Assembly (NCBI RefSeq): GCF_000007005.1
Contig: NC_002754.1
DNA: 64,000 nucleotides
Direction: 5' to 3' (one strand)
DNA from: Saccharolobus solfataricus P2
GTDB lineage: Archaea > Thermoproteota > Thermoprotei_A > Sulfolobales > Sulfolobaceae
Below are positions 52,076 to 61,217 of the stretch, piece by piece. Within the stretch, counting starts at the first letter, position 1. Each line of letters begins with the position of its first letter. Made by a program: the position numbers and the translations under genes. The notes beneath the pieces are model-generated. The model was not told the DNA's origin and made no database searches. It worked only from the letters and a program-made list of their open reading frames with translations.

Positions 52076-53125
52076 TTAATCTAATGCTTTTCGAATCAAG
52101 TAATTATAATATTTCTCAGAACTCTTGTCCCAATCATAATTTAAAGACTCTTCATAACTACTTTTCCATAGTTCCTTAATCCTTTTCTCATCCTCTATTA
52201 ACTCATTTATGATCTTACTCATCGCTTCAATATCCTTATAATTTACTATATACCCATTTACACCATTCTTTATGATTTCCGGCAAAGATCCCTTATTATA
52301 GGCAATTACCGGGGTTCCACATGCATTAGCCTCGACTGTAACCATACTCCAACCCTCTATGAATGAGGTTACTATTACAATCCACGCTGACTGATATAGT
52401 CTTATCTTATCCTCCTCACTAACCCTCCCAAGATATTCACCATTAATAGTCTTGATTTTCTGCACTACTTCATTTTCTAGATCTCCTCCCCCAGCCATAA
52501 CCAGTTTAGCCTTGACTCTCTTAGCAACGTCGATTGCATCTAATGGGTTCTTATATTTCTTTAATCTTCCTATCCAAAGTATAGTTGGCTCGCTTGCTTT
52601 CTTGCCCGGTCTGTAAATGTTATGATCAATTCCATTATGAATAACCTCTATCCTATCCTCTTTAGCCTTCAGCCTCTCCACCAAATCCCTTTTAGTGGTG
52701 TTAGAAACTGCAATAATACTCTTATAATTGCTTACACTCCGCTCAGAAAAAGCTACAGCCCTAGCCATGATTGGGTTTAACTCGTATTTTACTACATCTT
52801 GATGGACGTGATGGACTAATGCAATTGCATTCTTATTTACTAGATATGAATAGAACGGTACAGCATGGGCAACACTGTCAATTACAATCTCATGTCTCCT
52901 TGCTTCTATTGGTGCATAAAGATGTAAGGTAATTGAATTTCCTCTCCTTATTATTCTGATATTTTCAATTTCCTCCTCCTTAGGTAATCCCTTTATCTCT
53001 TCAGAAAGCCACGTCACGCTAACTCCTTTCTTAACCAATCTCCTAGATATCTCGTAAATTACTTGTTCAGCTCCTCCAGCCTTCCTGTGCCTTAGATCTC
53101 TGTGATTAGTTATTAATAAATCCAC
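52076..53125 (-). CDS. GT4-family glycosyltransferase
   Basis: Motifs GGAEQV, IHNGID, GRLKKYK and EGWSMVTVEANACGTP. Confidence 0.9.
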   Translation of the reverse strand: MDLLITNHRDLRHRKAGGAEQVIYEISRRLVKKGVSVTWLSEEIKGLPKEEEIENIRIIRRGNSITLHLYAPIEARRHEIVIDSVAHAVPFYSYLVNKNAIALVHHVHQDVVKYELNPIMARAVAFSERSVSNYKSIIAVSNTTKRDLVERLKAKEDRIEVIHNGIDHNIYRPGKKASEPTILWIGRLKKYKNPLDAIDVAKRVKAKLVMAGGGDLENEVVQKIKTINGEYLGRVSEEDKIRLYQSAWIVIVTSFIEGWSMVTVEANACGTPVIAYNKGSLPEIIKNGVNGYIVNYKDIEAMSKIINELIEDEKRIKELWKSSYEESLNYDWDKSSEKYYNYLIRKALD

Positions 53126-53142
53126 ATTTGAAAATCAAAAAC

Positions 53143-53412
53143 CTATCCATATTTATAGCTTATACCTCCTTCTGGGAAATGAAACTTTATTGCACCATAT
53201 GGGCAAGCTACTAATGCCGCACCGCATTCTAAGCATCTCTCATAGTGTACCACAATTCTTCCATCGGGAGAAGGCTCATACGTTCCAGCAGGGCAAACTT
53301 TAGTGCAAGGCTTATCTTTGCAAGTTAAACATATATCAGTATTTACCTCTATATGGGTGGTCTTATCTACATTATACTTATTTAAAGACAACCTTTTCAG
53401 AAGATCCATCAT
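53143..53412 (-). CDS. fixX: Ferredoxin-like protein FixX
   Basis: Motifs CTKVCPA and YERCLECGA. Overlaps the fixC stop. Confidence 0.88.
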   Translation of the reverse strand: MMDLLKRLSLNKYNVDKTTHIEVNTDICLTCKDKPCTKVCPAGTYEPSPDGRIVVHYERCLECGAALVACPYGAIKFHFPEGGISYKYG

Positions 53413-54632
53413 ATAAATAACCTCATGATATCAGTTAGCATTTTCGTAGTATTTACGTTTTCGCTTTTACTTTCTTTAATTAAGACGTTTATAGGCCTCT
53501 CCTTTCCATCACTTGTTACTGTAAACAATTGGCCCAGCACATTACAAATGACCTTAGGATATTTAGTGAAAATCTCCTCCTCATTTAATACGCTAAAAGA
53601 CCTTAAGGCGGTCTTCATATCCTTTAGTACGAAAGATTCTTTGAGCATCTCGTAATAGATATCAGTTCTACTATAATCGTTAAGCTCCTTAATCTTCTTA
53701 GCTGACTTTCCAGCAATAATTCCAGAGCCCATTGCTAAATCCATTCCTCTAATGTTGAATCCGTCGTTTATTAGAAATCCAGCTGCATCGCCTACTAAAA
53801 TTAAATTCTTATCGTAGATTTTACCTATCTTATCATAACCGTAATATGGAATCAAGTGTGCAGAGTATTCTAGGATACTCCCGCTTAAGCCCAACGACTC
53901 TCTAAATCTCTCTACAATTTCATGCGAAGGTATATTAGAATTATATAACGACTCAACTTTTATCGTAACGCCTACGGATAATGTATCTTTATTAGTGTAA
54001 ACGAAACCTCCTCCTTTCAAATTTCCTATCAATCCCACTATGGTTCTAGCCTCACCCTCATCATCATCCATATCGGGTTTAATGTCTAATACCTCTTTAA
54101 CTCCTAACATTAACGTCTTGGGCTCTAATTTTTTAACTCCTAAGAATCTGGAGACTGGAGCTGTAATTCCACCAGCATCTATAACTAAAGGTGCCTTAAG
54201 TTCACCTCTATTAGTCTCTATTACCACATAATCGTTTTCCCGCCTAGCATTAGTAACCAGTGTTGAATAAGATATTAAAACTCCCTCATTTTCAGCCTCT
54301 TTAGCTAGCCATTGGTCAAATTTAGCCCTCAATACAGTATAGCTATTTCTAGTTTTATGCCGGAACGAAAAAGTAATCTTTTTTTCTTCTTCACAATAGA
54401 TCTCGTAAGTTTCATTAGTTACCGGTCTCTCTAATGGTGCTCTCTCCAGTGCATCGGGAAATAATTGTAATAATGCGTGAGTGTACATTCTTCCTCCAGA
54501 AACGTTCTTACTTCCAGAATATTCTCCTCTTTCTAATACAATAGTTGATAATCCCTCTCTGTTTGCAGTAATAGCAGCGGAAAGCCCAGCTAGTCCTCCA
54601 CCTACTATTATAACATCAGCGTCGAAGCTCAC
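53409..54632 (-). CDS. fixC: FixC-like FAD-dependent ETF:quinone oxidoreductase
   Basis: Motifs GGGLAG, GSKNVSGG, EYSAHLIP, VGDAAG and RGMDLAMGSG. Confidence 0.88.
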   Translation of the reverse strand: MSFDADVIIVGGGLAGLSAAITANREGLSTIVLERGEYSGSKNVSGGRMYTHALLQLFPDALERAPLERPVTNETYEIYCEEEKKITFSFRHKTRNSYTVLRAKFDQWLAKEAENEGVLISYSTLVTNARRENDYVVIETNRGELKAPLVIDAGGITAPVSRFLGVKKLEPKTLMLGVKEVLDIKPDMDDDEGEARTIVGLIGNLKGGGFVYTNKDTLSVGVTIKVESLYNSNIPSHEIVERFRESLGLSGSILEYSAHLIPYYGYDKIGKIYDKNLILVGDAAGFLINDGFNIRGMDLAMGSGIIAGKSAKKIKELNDYSRTDIYYEMLKESFVLKDMKTALRSFSVLNEEEIFTKYPKVICNVLGQLFTVTSDGKERPINVLIKESKSENVNTTKMLTDIMRLFI

Positions 54633-54651
54633 AATATTATATTTTGAAAGG

Positions 54652-55008
54652 TCATATATATGTGTTTGGCTTTCCTATATTTACTTTTTTTATCATGTTT
54701 AATAATATTTCATTTCCGTTACTAATTATGTATAGGGTATGGAGTATTAACGCTTTTAATTTGTTTTCCCTACATATTCTCATTTCTTCCATACTTCTCT
54801 TAACCATGTCCATAAATGGCGAATCGTCTCTGTGTAAAAAATCGTTACTACTTTTAAATTCCTTTATTTCTTTCTCTATTTCAGCTAACAAGTCTATTAT
54901 CTTATCTTGGTCCTCATAGTCCTTTGCTATTAATAATAACTCATTACCAGCTTCAATCACATTACCTTCATTAAGTTTATCAATAACCGCTACCAGCTTT
55001 CCAAACAT
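54652..55008 (-). CDS. Hypothetical protein
   Basis: 118-aa helical ORF with an ATG start. Confidence 0.6.
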   Translation of the reverse strand: MFGKLVAVIDKLNEGNVIEAGNELLLIAKDYEDQDKIIDLLAEIEKEIKEFKSSNDFLHRDDSPFMDMVKRSMEEMRICRENKLKALILHTLYIISNGNEILLNMIKKVNIGKPNTYI

Positions 55009-55035
55009 AAAAAATAACTCGAATTCGTTCCTTAT

Positions 55036-55455
55036 TTACTTAACTACTACTACGGGAACCTTAGACTCCTGGACAATTTTATTCGATACACTACCTAGGA
55101 ATATGCGTTGAACCTTTGATAACCCTCTACTCCCAATTACTATTACGTCAATTTGGTTATCTGTAGCAAACTGTAAAATGGAATTTGCAGGATCTCCTTC
55201 TACCGTTATACCTTCAGCGTTGACGCCTTTACTTTTAGCTTTTTCTATCGCTCTTTTAACGTCCTTTTTAGCCCTTTCCTCCAAGCTCTTAGTAGCTTCC
55301 AATGGTGGTAGTATCCCAGTGTTATAAAATAATGTAAGGTCTATCACTTCTACTACAAAAAGCCTAGCGGAAAACTTGCTAGCTAATTCTATCGCAAAAT
55401 CTAAAGCCCTTTCTGCGTTTTCCGAACCATCATAACCTACTAAGATTCTCTTCAT
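55036..55455 (-). CDS. Universal stress protein
   Basis: Motifs ILVGYDGSENA and IVIGSRGLS...LGSVSNKIV. Confidence 0.92.
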   Translation of the reverse strand: MKRILVGYDGSENAERALDFAIELASKFSARLFVVEVIDLTLFYNTGILPPLEATKSLEERAKKDVKRAIEKAKSKGVNAEGITVEGDPANSILQFATDNQIDVIVIGSRGLSKVQRIFLGSVSNKIVQESKVPVVVVK

Positions 55456-55489
55456 AGATACTTATTTGATTATATAATTTTAAAATTAA

Positions 55490-56368
55490 CTAAGACCAAG
55501 GTCTCATCGATTTCAAAGACGATACAAACTTATCTAGAAAATAACTCTTCTCTCTAAAATGCTCATCTATTGCCCTCCAATCCTCTTCTGACAATCTCCA
55601 ACCCATTGCACCAGCATTTTCCTCTATATGGGGTATTTTAGAGGCTTTCACTATTGGTATCAAACTGTTTTTACCAGTAATATACCAATTTAAGGCTACT
55701 TGAGTTGCAGTCTTATTGTACTTCTTACCTATATTAGCTAAGAACTCATTCCTAGCTAATATTCCATTTTCCAATGGTGTATACGCCATATACATCAGTC
55801 CATTTTTCTCCGCGTAAGCTAAAGCCCTCCTCTCATCACTTCTACTTAGCAAACTATAGTGATTTTGAATTGCGACAATTTCATACTTACTGACACACTC
55901 TCTGGCGCTCTCTATTTGGTCCACATCGAAGTTACTGAGCCCAAAAAACCTTATTACACCATCATCTACCAGTTTCTCAAATGCCCTTATAGTCTTGCAA
56001 ATCGGTACTCTTGATGGAGCGTGAAGTAAATAAAGATCTATGTATGTGCCTAGTCTTCTTGAACTATTTTTAGCTGACTTTATTACATTATCATAGTCAG
56101 CATGACTAGGCCAAACCTTAGACACTATAAACAATTCTTCTCTGCTAAATTCCTTGATCGCTTCACCTACCAATTCCTCAGCGTGACCATTACCGTACAT
56201 TTCAGCAGTGTCGATAACTCTTAGTCCTAGTTCTATTGCCCTACGAATCGCACCTACCCATTCATTGTCTCTGTCATGAGAGGAGTACCAATAACCTCCC
56301 CCAATCCTCCAGGTTCCAAAAGCTAGAGGTGATACTGTAAAGTATTTAAATTTCTTAACGTCTTCCAT
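55490..56368 (-). CDS. Aldo/keto reductase
   Basis: Motifs IDTAEMYGNG, IVSKV, DLYLLH, GLSNF and AYTPL. Confidence 0.92.
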   Translation of the reverse strand: MEDVKKFKYFTVSPLAFGTWRIGGGYWYSSHDRDNEWVGAIRRAIELGLRVIDTAEMYGNGHAEELVGEAIKEFSREELFIVSKVWPSHADYDNVIKSAKNSSRRLGTYIDLYLLHAPSRVPICKTIRAFEKLVDDGVIRFFGLSNFDVDQIESARECVSKYEIVAIQNHYSLLSRSDERRALAYAEKNGLMYMAYTPLENGILARNEFLANIGKKYNKTATQVALNWYITGKNSLIPIVKASKIPHIEENAGAMGWRLSEEDWRAIDEHFREKSYFLDKFVSSLKSMRPWS

Positions 56369-56631
56369 AAATATACCTTAAATTCGTTCCTTTTAAAAAT
56401 TGTCTTCTAATGCATATCTTGTCTATACTTTCTGAGACTTTAAAGGACAAACTCTCTTCCTAATATACGGAAAGGTCTTTATGTAATTTTGGAAACGTTG
56501 TTGCCCTTTAGACTATAAGCAAATATAATATTTGAAGAAAGGGGGATAAAAACAAGCAATTTAACTTAGCTAAATATTATTATAAAACCTAAACCTTTAA
56601 CTGACTATCAAGTGGTGATGAAGAGGAAGTG

Positions 56632-56785
56632 ATTCAAGTCTCCTTTGCGAATTGCAATTTGTAAATAATACTGTTGTAAAAATGTTAATATTGGTAGTCA
56701 TGCATCTCCGCCAGTTAGTCGTCTTCAATTAGTTAATTTCGTAGTAATCTTTAAAATAAACTGAATTCACAATGGCTAACTGAAT
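56632..56785. repeat. 154-bp perfect inverted repeat, left arm
   Basis: The reverse complement matches 58359-58512 at all 154 positions (checked by hand). Confidence 0.95.
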
Positions 56786-56992
56786 CTCCCTAAAAAGCTT
56801 CTAATGTAGTGTTATCGGGAGGCTATAGATAAAAATCCGAAAAATAATAATTACGCACTAATTTTAAAATTTTCCAGTACAGTATTATAGTAGGAAAATG
56901 GAAATTTCTAATTAAGTAGGTTTCCCTATATTATGATATTCCACTGGTGTGAGCAAGCTGTTAATAGAAGTAGAAGGATGATGGACTACTGT

Positions 56993-57292
56993 TTAGACTG
57001 TAACACATTTGCATAACTTTTAAATACTTTTAATCATTTCACAATATGATCTTTATTATGATTATGTTTATATATTATTTCCTCTACATTATAAATTGAT
57101 GAACCCCATACTGATGACGGGCTATGCTCACGAGGTATTGGGGGCGACAAATACGGATGGGAGGGTAGTGGTGTTTCCCTCGACTAGCCCCAATGAGTTG
57201 AGGGTGAGTGTGTATGAGCCCTCAAGAGGGGTGCCCGTGGCGGAATTAGAAGTAGTTAAAAGTAAGCAGAAGTTACGCCACGGGTAAACACT
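56993..57292 (+). mobile_element. 300-bp non-autonomous element, copy 2
   Basis: 298/300 identical to 1144-1443. Confidence 0.75.
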
Positions 57293-57367
57293 CGCTAAAT
57301 GTAATGTATCTTTACTTCAAGAAAGGAAACACATTTGTATAGTAGCTTCTGATTTTTTAAGAAGATT

Positions 57368-57808
57368 TTACTTATTCCTTTTCTCTTCATATAACTTCTT
57401 TGCATATTCCAATATTTCCTCAGCAATTTTAATTGATTGTTGACCATCATAAGCTGAATAGAGTAGTTCAGGAGGAGTATTAGTTTCTTCATCACCATAC
57501 ATTGATAGTTCCCTTTCTTTCCTTAGGGATCTCGAGTATGAGGCAAAAATATCTATCTTTTCTTTAAACCATTGTGGAAATTTGTCTGTATTATTTTTTA
57601 ATATTGGACCTACATCATGAAATTTGGGTGGTTCTATATTAACCAATCTAAGACATGCTTTAAGAGAGAGCTCTACAGCTTCTTGACAAAGTCTTACTAC
57701 AATGTTATATTTCTTTCTTTCATATTCTGTTTTAGCTAAATCTAATCTTTCTTCAGCTTGTGTAATATATGAAAATGCTAAGGAATCAAAGTTCAACCGT
57801 TTCACCAA
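57368..57808 (-). CDS. HEPN-domain protein (toxin-like partner of MNT)
   Basis: QAEERL...YNIVVRLCQEAVELSLKACL, HDV and RELSMYG are typical of the COG2250-type HEPN. Confidence 0.85.
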   Translation of the reverse strand: MVKRLNFDSLAFSYITQAEERLDLAKTEYERKKYNIVVRLCQEAVELSLKACLRLVNIEPPKFHDVGPILKNNTDKFPQWFKEKIDIFASYSRSLRKERELSMYGDEETNTPPELLYSAYDGQQSIKIAEEILEYAKKLYEEKRNK

Positions 57809-58310
57809 ACCCTGAATCCTTTTTAAGTATCCAATACCATCTCTTACCCATCCTTACTCTCTCAGCACCTAATTCCATAAGCCTCCCCTTTAATTTTTGC
57901 AATATCTTAGTGAAGAATTGGTCCTTATCGTAGAGAATTACAGCGTCATATACCATATCTAGATAAAGAGGTGAAATCTTTCCCGCTTCCTCGGGAGTTT
58001 TAAGAATGGGAGAAAGTGATATGTAATAACCCTTACTCCAATACTCATCTAAATTTAACTTATCCTCGACCTTGGTCTCAAACAATCTAATTCTTTTAAG
58101 TATACCGTCCATAGGTAAATTATCTATAACTATCAATAAATCTACATCACTATCGTTTCTATTATCTCCCCTAGCAACGCTCCCATAAAGTACTACCGAT
58201 ATCAGATCATCTTTAAATTCCTCTCTCATTATTTTGACCATGTCATTGAGCAACTTAGCATAAGGCTCCTTAATCATATGATATATAAATCCTAAAAATC
58301 TAATAAACAT
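57786..58310 (-). CDS. Minimal nucleotidyltransferase (MNT) antitoxin-like protein
   Basis: LYGSVARGDNRNDSDVDLL (GS-X10-DXD). Overlaps the HEPN start. The true start is probably the internal ATG (MIKEPY). Confidence 0.88.
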   Translation of the reverse strand: MFIRFLGFIYHMIKEPYAKLLNDMVKIMREEFKDDLISVVLYGSVARGDNRNDSDVDLLIVIDNLPMDGILKRIRLFETKVEDKLNLDEYWSKGYYISLSPILKTPEEAGKISPLYLDMVYDAVILYDKDQFFTKILQKLKGRLMELGAERVRMGKRWYWILKKDSGFGETVEL

Positions 58311-58358
58311 GTCGTTTTATACTTAAAACGAAATCATAGTGGGATTATATTTATGGTT

Positions 58359-58512
58359 ATTCAGTTAGCCATTGTGAATTCAGTTTATTTTAAAGATTAC
58401 TACGAAATTAACTAATTGAAGACGACTAACTGGCGGAGATGCATGACTACCAATATTAACATTTTTACAACAGTATTATTTACAAATTGCAATTCGCAAA
58501 GGAGACTTGAAT
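58359..58512. repeat. 154-bp perfect inverted repeat, right arm
   Basis: Exact reverse complement of 56632-56785. Confidence 0.95.
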
Positions 58513-58647
58513 TGTCCTATAGTTATAAATTCACTTTTCCTTTTTATTTCGCCTAACCCTTAAATTTTTCTCGATATTAATCTATATGATTTATCTCAAA
58601 TTCAAAATTATCTGTGGGCGATTCATGTTTCCATTGCGAATTGTAAT
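58486..58647. repeat. 162-bp segment bounded by imperfect 27-bp inverted repeats (MITE-like)
   Basis: ATTGCAATTCGCAAAGGAGACTTGAAT (58486-58512) versus ATTCATGTTTCCATTGCGAATTGTAAT (58621-58647): 23/27 complementary. No TSD found. Confidence 0.6.
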
Positions 58648-58936
58648 ATTCTCTATGAATTAGGCTAATTCTAAAATAGATAATAGTAGTTTTCTGAAAA
58701 TGATCCCTAATAAATGATGTTAAAAGTTTGTTCCATTTAGGATATATAATATTTAGACTATACCCTTTTAATATTTATAATTATTAGAATCTTCTTGAAG
58801 AGAATCTACGTAAACATTTAAGGCAAAAGGCATTCAAGATAACTTTACCTAAAAATACTATAGATTAAGAAACACTCCTCAATAGCTGATAAGTCAGAAA
58901 TACTTTTATAATCCTTGTTTTCTTTATGTTTATGAT

Positions 58937-59012
<76 letters not shown>

Positions 59013-59143
59013 TTGTTACTAAAGAAAGGATAGCCACAAAATTTATCTCTACTAGTTTTTGGGTGGCGAATAATCTCACTGGTAAGAGATAAATAGCTAG
59101 TTATAAAAGAATTTTTACATATCAGTGGGAGATTTCATTTATA

Positions 59144-60463
59144 ACAGACGGGGGTTCAAAGGGGGCGGAAAACTTCTCTTTGAGATGAATCCCTTTGTAG
59201 AAAAGTTAAAAATAGGAAAATAACGAAATACACATCAATACCCACCTTAGGGTTTCGCTTCCGTGCATACACTGACGAACAAACCCTTAGGGCGTTAAAG
59301 GCCCAGTTGAAGTTAGCGTGCGAAATCTACAACACCTTAAGGTGGGCAGACATATACTTTTACCAAAGGGATGGGAAAGGACTAACACAAACTGAGTTAA
59401 GACAGTTGGCTCTAGATCTGAGAAAACAAGATGATGAGTATAAGCAAGTCTACTCGCAAGTAGTTCAACAAATAGCTGACCGTTACTACGAAGCTAGACA
59501 GAGGTTTTTCGAAGGTTTAGCACGTTTCCCGAAAGAAAAGAAACCTCACAAATACTACTCCCTAGTCTATCCCCAGTATGGTTGGAAAATACTTCAAGTT
59601 AGAGAAATAAGAAAAGGCAAGAAGAAACTAATAACGCTTAAACTATCAAATCTTGGTACGTTCAAGGTAATAGTTCACCGAGACTTTCCCCTTGACAAAG
59701 TAAAGAGGGTAGTAGTGAAGCTAACAAGATCTGAGAGGATTTACATCACTTTCGTAGTTGATCACGAATTCCCCAAGTTACCTAACACTGGTAAGGTAGT
59801 GGCGATAGATGTTGGCATAGAGAAGTTGATCGTAACGTCGGATGGTGAATATTTCCCCAATCTGAGACCTTACGAGAAAGCGTTATGGAAAGTGAAGCAT
59901 CTACACAGAGAACTTTCAAGGAAGAAGTTTCTTTCAAATAACTGGTTTAAGGCTAAGGTTAAGCTTGCTAGGGCTTATGAGTATTTGAAGAATCTAAGAA
60001 CGGATCTTTATATGAAGTTGGGTAAGTGGTTTGCTGAGCATTATGACGTTGTGGTGATGGAGGACATTCATGTTAAGCAGTTGATAGGTAAGTCATTAAG
60101 GTCTCTGAGGAGGAGATTGAGTGACGTCGCGTTCAGCGAGCTTAGAGATTTGATTAAGTATCAGTTGGAGAAATACGGTAAGAAACTCATCCTGGTCAAC
60201 CCAGCATACACTTCCAAAACTTGTGCTAGGTGCGGGTACGTAAAAGAAGATCTGTCTCTATCTGATCGTGTTTTCGTTTGTTCCAACTGTGGTTGGATTG
60301 CAGATCGTGACTATAATGCTTCTCTTAACATTTTGAAGGGTGCGGGGTCGGAGCGATCCTTAGTGCCTGTGGAACTCCGCCCTCTACCAGTACCAGCACT
60401 TCGGTACTGGCATGGCAGAGCTGTGAAGTAGGAAGCTCCCTCATTTATGAGGGGGTAGCTCAC
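59144..60463 (+). mobile_element. IS200/IS605-family tnpB-only (IS1341-type, ISC1316-like) element, copy 1
   Basis: Near-identical to 62567-63892. Left-end hairpin follows TTATA; right-end hairpin CTCCCTCAT-TT-ATGAGGGGG is followed by TAGCTCAC. No TIR or TSD. Confidence 0.9.
59238..60431 (+). CDS. tnpB: TnpB RNA-guided nuclease with start codon ATG mutated to ATA
   Basis: RuvC motifs AIDVG, VMEDI and DRDYNA, plus zinc finger CARCG...CSNCG. The codon equivalent to the copy 2 ATG is ATA (59238-59240). The first alternative start is TTG at 59307. Confidence 0.85.
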   Translation: MPTLGFRFRAYTDEQTLRALKAQLKLACEIYNTLRWADIYFYQRDGKGLTQTELRQLALDLRKQDDEYKQVYSQVVQQIADRYYEARQRFFEGLARFPKEKKPHKYYSLVYPQYGWKILQVREIRKGKKKLITLKLSNLGTFKVIVHRDFPLDKVKRVVVKLTRSERIYITFVVDHEFPKLPNTGKVVAIDVGIEKLIVTSDGEYFPNLRPYEKALWKVKHLHRELSRKKFLSNNWFKAKVKLARAYEYLKNLRTDLYMKLGKWFAEHYDVVVMEDIHVKQLIGKSLRSLRRRLSDVAFSELRDLIKYQLEKYGKKLILVNPAYTSKTCARCGYVKEDLSLSDRVFVCSNCGWIADRDYNASLNILKGAGSERSLVPVELRPLPVPALRYWHGRAVK

Positions 60464-60480
60464 ATAGTACTAGTGGTAAT
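60340..60480 (+). ncRNA. Predicted omega-RNA/reRNA of TnpB copy 1 (scaffold to 60463, then guide ATAGTACTAGTGGTAAT)
   Basis: TnpB guide RNAs are known to overlap the ORF 3' end and right end. Stems GGTCG/CGATC, CCAGTACC/GGTACTGG and the right-end hairpin are present. Boundaries are approximate. Confidence 0.65.
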
Positions 60481-60536
60481 TTTAAACTAACGGCTCTGCA
60501 TAAATTTTAATATGGTGGTATACCAATATATTATAT

Positions 60537-60782
60537 ATGGAAACAGTTACAATAAAGGTTGATAAAGAGATAGCCGAGCTGATAAAAAAGATGATCTCAC
60601 TGGGAATTGCAAAATCAAAGAATGAAGCGGTTAATATGTTAATTGAATACGGGAGAGCTGAAATAGAGAGGAGAGTTAAAGAAGAGGAGGAAGTGAAGAA
60701 ACTTGTAGAAAAATGGCTCCAAGAGGGTTTTCCATATAAAAACCTTGATACTTCAGATTTAAGGGAAGAAAGATATGGATGA
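60537..60782 (+). CDS. vapB: VapB-type antitoxin (ribbon-helix-helix)
   Basis: METVTIKVDKEIAELIKK...SKNEAVNMLI. Overlaps the PIN gene start. Confidence 0.8.
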   Translation: METVTIKVDKEIAELIKKMISLGIAKSKNEAVNMLIEYGRAEIERRVKEEEEVKKLVEKWLQEGFPYKNLDTSDLREERYG

Positions 60783-61194
60783 GATAAAGTACGTTGATAC
60801 TAACGTTATTCTATCACTGGTTGAAGAAGATGCTAATTTTGAAAGAGCTAGAAAATTAAAGGGGTTAACTAATCTGGTTACTGGAGAGATAACTCAGCTG
60901 GAACTCAATTCTTTTTACTCTAGGAAGTTGAAAGATGAAATAAAGGCAAGAGCTTCAACACTTTACTTACTACAATTTGTGAACGTTAAGGTTATTGAGG
61001 CTGACTGGAATAAACTATTTAGAAAAGCGTTAGATCTTTCCTATAAACTTGAGCTTAAAACCTTGGATGTCTTACAGATAGCCTCAGCATTTCTTTCAGG
61101 TTCAAAGATATTCATTACCTTCGATAAGGAGATTATCAGCAAAAGGGAGATTGTAAAAAAGTACACAGGAGTTAGTGTAGACGATTTAACTTAA
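60775..61194 (+). CDS. vapC: VapC PIN-domain toxin
   Basis: Motifs YVDTNVIL, TQLELNS, LDVLQIASA and FITFDKE. Confidence 0.88.
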   Translation: MDEIKYVDTNVILSLVEEDANFERARKLKGLTNLVTGEITQLELNSFYSRKLKDEIKARASTLYLLQFVNVKVIEADWNKLFRKALDLSYKLELKTLDVLQIASAFLSGSKIFITFDKEIISKREIVKKYTGVSVDDLT

Positions 61195-61217
61195 TATGAC
61201 TCCTCCACGTCCTGAAC

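Noticed and set aside
56615-56660. C/D-box sRNA starting at GTGATGA
   Set aside because: No D' or D box (CTGA) at a suitable spacing.
56632-58647. The 27-bp motif as a CRISPR repeat (it ends GAATTGCAAT, like Sulfolobus repeats ending GAATTGAAAG)
   Set aside because: There are only three copies in mixed orientation, no 35-45-bp spacer periodicity, and no cas genes. No CRISPR array was found anywhere in the window.
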